Program-made: the position numbers and the translations under genes | Shown here: piece by piece, positions 57,601 through 64,000 of the stretch | How positions within the stretch are numbered: the stretch's first letter is position 1 | Layout: each line of letters starts with the position of its first letter | Assembly: GCA_938091905.1 (NCBI GenBank) | Contig: CALKOM010000053.1 | Location: forward strand, 31,900 to 95,899 | Source of the DNA: an uncultured Verrucomicrobiales bacterium | Lineage (GTDB): Bacteria; Verrucomicrobiota; Verrucomicrobiia; Verrucomicrobiales; DEV007 | Length of the DNA: 64,000 nucleotides | Reading direction: 5' to 3' | The notes under the pieces: model-generated | Told to the model about the DNA's origin: nothing | The model's database searches: none | Seen by the model: the letters and a program-made list of their open reading frames with translations, nothing else

Positions 57601-59748
57601 TCATAGAAGCCCCAAGCGCTTGCGTGCGATCCAGAAGACGGTGAGTCCGATGAGTAGGCCTGCAAGTGTGATGGGGTGGTACCACCATTCTTTGCGTTGA
57701 ATGATGGGTTCTTGCTTGGTGAGCGTTTGTAGAGAGCTTGCCAGGCTGCCAATTTCTTTTGGCATGATGAGTTGGCCTTTGGTGGCTTCCGCTAGTCGAC
57801 GGAGGACGTCAGGGCGAGCAGGAGCTCCGGTGGCTTCCTTGGGTGGCGTGGCGACCTGGATGGTGGTGGCGACTTGAGGGTCTTCGCCTGGAAGTTGGAT
57901 CTTGATGTGATAGGGCCCGCCAGTGGGTGGTGTCCAGGAGCCTCTGTAGACACCCCAGCCACCTTCGATTTCTGTGAGGGGGAGGGTGCCCTGTTCGTTG
58001 GATTTTGTGTGTTGCCAAGTGAGGGTGGGTTTGGCTTCGGTCATGGGGCCGCGTTCTTTGCTCAGCAGCGTGGCGTGGAAGGTGACGTCCTGGCCGGCCG
58101 TGGGCGCTTCCGGGTAGTGGATGATGCGGCCGCGATTGCTTTCGGCGAGGTTACGTTGGTAGGCCATCCATCGGGCGACCTGACTCCAGAAGCGGTAGTG
58201 ATAGAGGTCCTCGACACCACGCCGCCAACGCCAGGCGCCGTCGGTAGCAAGATAGAGAACCTTGCCGCTGCCGAAGGGGCGAGTCACAAGGAGAGGAAGT
58301 CGGCCATAGGTGTTTCGGGAGGATTCGTGCACGGCGAGGACGGTGGCTCCGGCTTTGGTGCGTGAAACGGGAGCATGCCAGGTAAAGCCGGGGAGGGATC
58401 GCCAGATGGCCGCGTTCTCGGCTGGTTTGTCCCCTAACAAGGTGAGGACGTTGTCGCGGCCGGCAGCGGTGAGTTCGAGGCTCGCGGGTTCTGCGATGCT
58501 AATGGCGTCCCCTTCGAGCGCGACGGGGAGGAGCTCTCCCAAGGGGGAGTCTAACAAGCGCTTCTGATGGTTGCGTCGACCGGGAAGAAAGACGAGTCCG
58601 CTGGCTTGGCGTTCGACAAGGCCGCGTAGCCACTCGGCGTGAGTTTCTGTGAGTTGATTCTGGCCGATGCCGACGTCGCCGAGAAAGACGACGTCATAGT
58701 CGGTGAGCGCTTCGGTGGTTTTTGGGAAGGCGTCGAGATAGCCTAGACCCTGGCCGAGGCCGACCTCGGCGTCGGGATGAAAGAGCACACAGGCGACGTC
58801 GACGCCTTGGTCGCGCATGAGAGCATTGCGGAGGTAGCGAAACTCCCAACGTGGGACGGAGTCCACAAGCAAGACTTGTAATCGCTCACGCTGGACGCGG
58901 ACTTTCTCTTGGGAGGCGTTGTTGTCTTCGCGGGTCTCCGAAGGTAGGATGGGCGTGCTCAGTGATAAGGTGAGGTCATCTTCTTCCGTGGGTTTCCAAA
59001 GGAAGGCGTCGTTGAAGACTTCTCCGGGAGCGAGAGCGAAAGTTTTCATTTCGATCTCGCGATCATCGATGGTGAAACTGACAGCGATTTCGGCATCGCG
59101 TGCGAACCGATTCTCCACTTGGAAAGGAAGACGTGTCGGTTCATCGACAACCAGTGTCTTGGGCATGGGTTGCCACGAGAGGGCAATGTCCGGAAGGGGA
59201 ATTTCGCTTCCAACGGGCACGGCGATGAGTGGGACTCCCCGGGCGCGGAGTTGAAGGGCGGCTTCTTGTGGAGGCTGGCCGGCGTTCCAATCACCGTCGG
59301 AGAGTATGATGATTCCGGCGAGATCCGCGTTGCGTTCGCCCGCGCGAAGCAGGGCCGCATGGAGGTTGGTCACGCCGCTGTCGGCTGACTCGAAGGCCAT
59401 GCGCTCTAGGGTGATCTCTTGTGAAACCTCTGGCTGCCAATGGGATTCGACCCATTCGCGGCGTGTTTGGCCATCCATATCCGGTGTGTACATGCTGGCG
59501 GAGGCGTCGGTGAGGACGAGGATGCGTGCTGGATCGTCTGGAAGGTGGCTTTGCCAGGATTCTGGCTTGGCCAGAAGAAGGCAGATCGCGAGGGCGAGGA
59601 GGAAACGAAGGGTCTCAAGGCCAACGTGGCGCCAAGCCCAGGCGTGGCGATGCGCATTCCAAAGGCAGATGGAGAACACGACAATGAGCAGTACGAGGGC
59701 ACTCCAGAACCACCCATTCTCATAAGACCACCTGAGCTCTGAACTCAT
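57601..59748 (-). CDS. Membrane protein with vWA and glutamine-amidotransferase-like domains
   Basis: Two N-terminal TMs, TDASASM, LSDGDWN.G, PRWEFRYLRNAL.RD, YDVVFLGDV, WRWRRG, C-terminal TM. ATG 59748 overlaps the upstream TGA. Confidence 0.85.
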   Translation of the reverse strand: MSSELRWSYENGWFWSALVLLIVVFSICLWNAHRHAWAWRHVGLETLRFLLALAICLLLAKPESWQSHLPDDPARILVLTDASASMYTPDMDGQTRREWVESHWQPEVSQEITLERMAFESADSGVTNLHAALLRAGERNADLAGIIILSDGDWNAGQPPQEAALQLRARGVPLIAVPVGSEIPLPDIALSWQPMPKTLVVDEPTRLPFQVENRFARDAEIAVSFTIDDREIEMKTFALAPGEVFNDAFLWKPTEEDDLTLSLSTPILPSETREDNNASQEKVRVQRERLQVLLVDSVPRWEFRYLRNALMRDQGVDVACVLFHPDAEVGLGQGLGYLDAFPKTTEALTDYDVVFLGDVGIGQNQLTETHAEWLRGLVERQASGLVFLPGRRNHQKRLLDSPLGELLPVALEGDAISIAEPASLELTAAGRDNVLTLLGDKPAENAAIWRSLPGFTWHAPVSRTKAGATVLAVHESSRNTYGRLPLLVTRPFGSGKVLYLATDGAWRWRRGVEDLYHYRFWSQVARWMAYQRNLAESNRGRIIHYPEAPTAGQDVTFHATLLSKERGPMTEAKPTLTWQHTKSNEQGTLPLTEIEGGWGVYRGSWTPPTGGPYHIKIQLPGEDPQVATTIQVATPPKEATGAPARPDVLRRLAEATKGQLIMPKEIGSLASSLQTLTKQEPIIQRKEWWYHPITLAGLLIGLTVFWIARKRLGLL

Positions 59749-61484
59749 GCGGCAGAGGTGATTGAACGTTTCGGTGATGGCATGCGAGTGAGTAGTCCTT
59801 CTGCTAGTAGGAAGAGCAGTCCGAGGAAGAGAATGGGGCGCCACCATTCGTTGAGGGCGTCGTTTCCTTGTGGCTTGGCTTCCATGGCGAACTCTTGGAA
59901 CGGGAGATTTCCCAAAGAACTGACCCGAGCCTCTTTCGGATCGTCCTCTGCTACTGGACGTACGGTGATGTCCCAGCCGTTGGCGTTGGGCCAGATGCCA
60001 GCTTTCCAAGGTGCTTGACCGGCTTCGCGAACATGGACTTGGGAGAAGCGTTTCTGTCCCTCTGTAAGGAGACGTTGCACGAGAGGAAGTAGAATGGGAC
60101 CCTCACCTAAGGTAGACCAAGATGTTAGTGGAAGTGTGGCGAGAAAGTAGGTGCCATTCTCCTTACTGAGCCATGGAGCGGTGGCGAGAGAGGCCAAGGC
60201 ATCTCCAGTGACGGTGGTGTGCCGGAAGGTACGGAGATTGTGAAGGGGGAGTGACTCTCCAGAGCGAGTGTCGCGTAGAGGGCCTTCATCTTGGGACCAG
60301 TGCATGATAGGAAGTCCAGGCTCCGAAGTTTTGGTGGCCGCTTGTTCGTCAGGAATGACGAGGAGTTGGCCGCCCTCGGCGAGATAGGCGTCCATCTCGT
60401 TGGTATCCGGGGTGCGGCCTTGCCAAATGATGAGGGCTTCGTCTTGCCAAGTGGCCTCGCGCGTGATGTCGACTGCGCTTGTCGGGGAAACAGCTAGGGA
60501 GAGAAGGGCTTCGACATTTGGATTTTCACAAACGATGGCGACGGTGGGACGTGTTTCGTTGGCAAAGACGAAGTGGGTGGTGTTGTCGCGCGCATTGCCG
60601 TCCTCAGGCAGCGATATCTCTCCGATGACGACGCCTTCGCTCGGCATGTCCAAGGTGAGTGTGGTCGTCTTTCCTGAAAGCGTCACGTCTTTGTTGGTGG
60701 TCTGGTCACCTTGCTTGAGCGTGACGGGAATGGTCTGCGTCGCTGCCGTCTCTTGCTGAATGGTAACGATGAGTTGGCGTTGATCCATTTCGCAGCGGAT
60801 GGATCGGTTCGGCTTACCGCCTTGAATGCTGAGCACGCGTAAGGTCGGTCCAGAATCCAGTTTGCTGTACGCGGCCTCGACATCTGCCCAGGCTGCGGCG
60901 TCTTCTGCGCGCCAACTGGTGGCTTGGAGGTCTGAGGCAATCCAGATTTCGCCGTTTGTCTGTTGGGTGCGTGTCCAATTCTGGAACGCCTTCATGAGCA
61001 TGGCGGGGAGATCGGCTTTTGCGTCGGTGGGGCCGAATTGAGTCGCGAGATTGCTGTATTTGTGGAGCGGTTGATCGAGTAGCCAGACTTCTGAAGGGTT
61101 CACTTGGGACAGCGTTTCTGTCAGAGTATGCAGAGCGATTTCGCGCTTGGTCAGGCCGCCGGGCAGCTTGCGTTCCATGCTTGTCGAGCGATCCATGACG
61201 ATGGTGATGGAGCGATCTCCACTGCCGGCCCATCCTGCAAGCCAACCGCCGATGAGTGGACGACTCATGGCGACGATGAGCATGGCGACGGCGAGCATGC
61301 GCATGGCGAGGACAATCCAGTGGCGAACCTTTCGGCGACCGCGCTTCTCTTCCAGCGCCTCTCGCAGAAAGCGCATGGCGCCCCATGATTTCTCTTGGAA
61401 TCGTCTTCGGTGTAGCAGGTGAATGATCAGTGGGATCAGAACTGCTGGCAGGGCGTAGAGGAGAGCTGGTTGAAGGAATGCCAT
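59745..61484 (-). CDS. BatA N-terminal domain plus vWA domain protein
   Basis: M.FLQP.LL....IPLIIHLL.RRR....WGAMRFL, MDRSTSM MIDAS, SDLQ, C-terminal TM. Confidence 0.88.
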   Translation of the reverse strand: MAFLQPALLYALPAVLIPLIIHLLHRRRFQEKSWGAMRFLREALEEKRGRRKVRHWIVLAMRMLAVAMLIVAMSRPLIGGWLAGWAGSGDRSITIVMDRSTSMERKLPGGLTKREIALHTLTETLSQVNPSEVWLLDQPLHKYSNLATQFGPTDAKADLPAMLMKAFQNWTRTQQTNGEIWIASDLQATSWRAEDAAAWADVEAAYSKLDSGPTLRVLSIQGGKPNRSIRCEMDQRQLIVTIQQETAATQTIPVTLKQGDQTTNKDVTLSGKTTTLTLDMPSEGVVIGEISLPEDGNARDNTTHFVFANETRPTVAIVCENPNVEALLSLAVSPTSAVDITREATWQDEALIIWQGRTPDTNEMDAYLAEGGQLLVIPDEQAATKTSEPGLPIMHWSQDEGPLRDTRSGESLPLHNLRTFRHTTVTGDALASLATAPWLSKENGTYFLATLPLTSWSTLGEGPILLPLVQRLLTEGQKRFSQVHVREAGQAPWKAGIWPNANGWDITVRPVAEDDPKEARVSSLGNLPFQEFAMEAKPQGNDALNEWWRPILFLGLLFLLAEGLLTRMPSPKRSITSAA

Positions 61485-61500
61485 GAAGTTGCCTAACTAT

Positions 61501-62388
61501 CTATCCTTGGATGCCGAGCCGTTGAGTGAGGAAGCGGACAAGAACTTGTTCGTAGTCTTCATCTGTGGAGACTTCGTGGAAGTCGATCTGACATTGCGCC
61601 ACACCTGCTTGCAGGGCGGCGGAGTGACGCGCCACGGCGGCGCGATAGCGTTCTTGGATCAACTCTGGTTCGGCAACGATGGCGTCATCGCCTTCGAGGT
61701 CGATGAAGCGCATCGGCTGGTTGAGATCAAGGGAGCGTTCTTCAGGATCTGAGATTTGGAAGACGGCGAGGTCGTGTTTGCGAAAGCGGAGGTGTTGCCA
61801 GCAATCAATGATCTTGTCAGGGTCATCGAGTAGATCCGAAATGAGCACGACCAGGGCGCGCTGTGGGATTTCCTCAGCCAGTTGATGGAGATGATCGGTG
61901 AGGCCGGTTTCCGCGACAGGCTCCATTTCTTGAAGGGCGGTGTTCAGTGCCATGTAGTGTGTGGGACGGCGACTTGGCGGAATAGCGCAGTGTAATTTGG
62001 GGCCACCGGCATAAAGGCCTGCAGCGTCTCCCTGGCCGATTGCAAGATGAGCAAGCGTCGCGGCAAGCCGCTTGGCATAGTCCCATTTGGTAATCGAGCC
62101 AGAGCCAAAGGCCATGGAGCCACTCGTGTCCATCACGAGGCACAGACGGAGATTGGTGTCGGCTTCAAACTCCTTGATATAAAAGCGGTCAGAGCGGCCA
62201 TAGACCCGCCAATCAACTCGACGTGTGTCATCGCCTGGAACGTACTTCCGATACTCGGCGAATTCGACACTGGAGCCTCGGTGAGGGCTTTGGTGCCGCC
62301 CTGACATATGTCCAAGCATCGCTTGGCGTGCAGCCAATGGGGTGTTGGCCAACCGCATAGCCACTTGGGGATCGACCAGCCTGTCCAT
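61501..62388 (-). CDS. DUF58 domain protein
   Basis: G.H.SP.RGSSVEFAEYRKY.PGDD.R.VDW, DTSGSM, ISD. Confidence 0.93.
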   Translation of the reverse strand: MDRLVDPQVAMRLANTPLAARQAMLGHMSGRHQSPHRGSSVEFAEYRKYVPGDDTRRVDWRVYGRSDRFYIKEFEADTNLRLCLVMDTSGSMAFGSGSITKWDYAKRLAATLAHLAIGQGDAAGLYAGGPKLHCAIPPSRRPTHYMALNTALQEMEPVAETGLTDHLHQLAEEIPQRALVVLISDLLDDPDKIIDCWQHLRFRKHDLAVFQISDPEERSLDLNQPMRFIDLEGDDAIVAEPELIQERYRAAVARHSAALQAGVAQCQIDFHEVSTDEDYEQVLVRFLTQRLGIQG

Positions 62389-62394
62389 CGTGCT

Positions 62395-63417
62395 CTAACA
62401 GTGAATCGCTTCGCTGACTTCCTCGTAGAGTCGTTTGATGATGGCGCGCGTGCTCAATCCTTCGCTTTGGGCCGTGAAGTTAGTGAGTATACGGTGATTG
62501 AGTACGGGAGCAGCCACCGCCTCGAGGTCTTCCTCGCGCACAAGGAAACTGCCGTTGAGGGCAGCGCGGGCCTTGGCTCCAAGAATGAGGTATTGCACGG
62601 CTCGTGGGCCAGCGCCCCAGGTGACGACGCGTTTCAACCAATCCGGTGTGCCTTCTTCATCGGGGCGCGTTCGCCTAACTAGGGTCACCGCTTGTTCATA
62701 CAGATGATCTGGCACGGGCATGCGTCTCACCAATGACTGGAATCGAAGGACACCCCCGGCGTCGAGGACCGTTTCTAATGGATCGGCGCGACTGCCGGTG
62801 GTTGCTTTGGCGATGGCGAGTTCTTCTGCGTGCGAAGGGTAGTCGACATGAATGAGAAACATGAAGCGGTCGAGCTGCGCTTCTGGCAACGGATACGTGC
62901 CTTCTTGCTCCACTGGGTTTTGTGTGGCGAGAACGAAGAAAGGTTCGTCCAATGAGAAGGTCTTGCCCAGTGCCGTCACTTTGTGTTCCTGCATCGCTTC
63001 TAGCAACGCCGATTGGGTTTTGGCGGGGGCGCGATTGATCTCATCGGCGAGGACGATATTGGAGAAGATGGGCCCTCGAATGAACTCAAAGGAACGTCGT
63101 CCTGGTTGATCCGTTTCCTGAAGAATATCCGTCCCCGTGATGTCCGCTGGCATGAGGTCCGGCGTGAACTGAATACGACTGAAGCCCAAATGCAGCGTAT
63201 CGGCGAGAGAGCTGATCAGGAGGGTCTTGGCGAGCCCGGGTACGCCCATGAGAAGGCCGTGCCCTCGTGCCAGAAGGCAGAGCATGAGTTGCTCGATGAC
63301 CACGTCTTGCCCGACGATGACCTTGCGAAGCTCGCCTCGGAGCTGCTCGAAGGTGGTGCGCAACGCATCGATCGCATCGACGTCGTCGGAGGGCAGGGAA
63401 TCGGAGGAATCGGCCAT
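62395..63417 (-). CDS. moxR: MoxR family AAA+ ATPase
   Basis: GVPGLAKT, RIQFTPDLMPAD, LADEINRAPAKTQSALLEAM, ATQNPVEQEGTYPLPEAQLDRF. Confidence 0.96.
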   Translation of the reverse strand: MADSSDSLPSDDVDAIDALRTTFEQLRGELRKVIVGQDVVIEQLMLCLLARGHGLLMGVPGLAKTLLISSLADTLHLGFSRIQFTPDLMPADITGTDILQETDQPGRRSFEFIRGPIFSNIVLADEINRAPAKTQSALLEAMQEHKVTALGKTFSLDEPFFVLATQNPVEQEGTYPLPEAQLDRFMFLIHVDYPSHAEELAIAKATTGSRADPLETVLDAGGVLRFQSLVRRMPVPDHLYEQAVTLVRRTRPDEEGTPDWLKRVVTWGAGPRAVQYLILGAKARAALNGSFLVREEDLEAVAAPVLNHRILTNFTAQSEGLSTRAIIKRLYEEVSEAIHC

Positions 63418-63519
63418 AGAATCCCCGATCTTAGGCCCCTAGGGGCCCATGTCCATGCTGAGAGGTTGCCTAGATAGATAAAATTCATAATTATTATATT
63501 TATCGGATTTTAAGGCTAG

Positions 63520-64000
63520 GAGTCTGTCGGACTTCGTGAAAAGCGGCCCGCAATTATGGCCGTGTTAGAATTCGGCCATTTCGGGTCGATCTTCGGTCTC
63601 TCCCGGATTTGTGTTGATTTGGTTAGGTCTTCTTCGATTTCTGCCTTCATGACCCGGTTTCAGTGCCTATTCCTCCCCATTTCGCGCTTCAGGAGGCTTT
63701 TAGTCGGTGTAGGCGTTTGAGATTGTAACTTAAGCACACAAGGGTCCATTCCCCTTTCACTTTCTCTAACCCGCGTAGCATGAATCCTCGAAATCCCATC
63801 ACTTCTTTGATGATTCCAAAGGCTGTCTCTACCGTGTGATTGCGTTTGGCGTAGCGGGCTTTTCCTTCTTCGCTTCGTAGCTTTTCTCGCATCTTCAGCA
63901 ACCGCGGATCTTTGACTGCTTTGATTGGGCGTTCGCTTTGTTTCTTCGGTCGATAATCATAGTTGCGCTCGCTGTGTGCGTCTTCCCGGTGCACACTCAC
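63520..64000 (-). mobile_element. IS1182-family-like insertion sequence, right end (truncated by the window)
   Basis: Transposase C-terminus, then a candidate terminal IR GAGTCTGTCGGAC at 63520 next to CTAG; the partner IR is outside the window. Confidence 0.75.
63689..64000 (-). CDS. Transposase C-terminal fragment (IS1182-like DDE)
   Basis: MREKL.SEEGKARYAKR..TVE.AFG.IK.VMGFR.F.LRGLEKV.GEW.LVCL.YNLKRL. Confidence 0.9.
   Translation of the reverse strand: MSVHREDAHSERNYDYRPKKQSERPIKAVKDPRLLKMREKLRSEEGKARYAKRNHTVETAFGIIKEVMGFRGFMLRGLEKVKGEWTLVCLSYNLKRLHRLKAS

Noticed and set aside
59749..60009. 87-codon N-terminal extension of the 57601..60009 ORF
   Set aside because: It overlaps the BatA gene in another frame; ATG 59748 gives a standard ATGA coupling.

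Overview
64-kb chromosomal window, most likely from a Verrucomicrobiota/PVC bacterium (inferred from the DUF1592/DUF1552 pair, TIGR02999-type ECF with STK-WD40 kinase, and moxR-DUF58-BatA-vWA operon). The left half (1-29 kb) is mostly housekeeping and envelope genes: amidase, L,D-transpeptidase, RNase P RNA, SLC13 transporter, DksA-like protein, lpxD-skp-bamA, rlmH, ROK with Ppx/GppA, msrA, GH20, glgA, apbE and a cyclophilin. The right half (29-64 kb) is accessory, with secreted repeat/LamG proteins, an ECF-kinase pair, a heme/copper monooxygenase-like protein, an adenylate cyclase, several decayed genes and IS630/IS1182 pieces. Most notable: (1) a short 'S-x-D-L-x-x-W...[FY][FY]R' module shared by five unrelated exported proteins or their remnants, a candidate sorting/anchoring domain; (2) a DksA-like factor with 24 tandem histone-H1-like PKKKAxA heptads; (3) a membrane pseudokinase lacking all catalytic motifs, divergent from a protein of similar topology; (4) a ROK plus Ppx/GppA pair with substituted catalytic motifs; (5) a 7-repeat secreted protein; (6) recurrent leaderless-promoter geometry; (7) a MITE-like element. 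All family assignments come from reading motifs by eye; no database searches were run.
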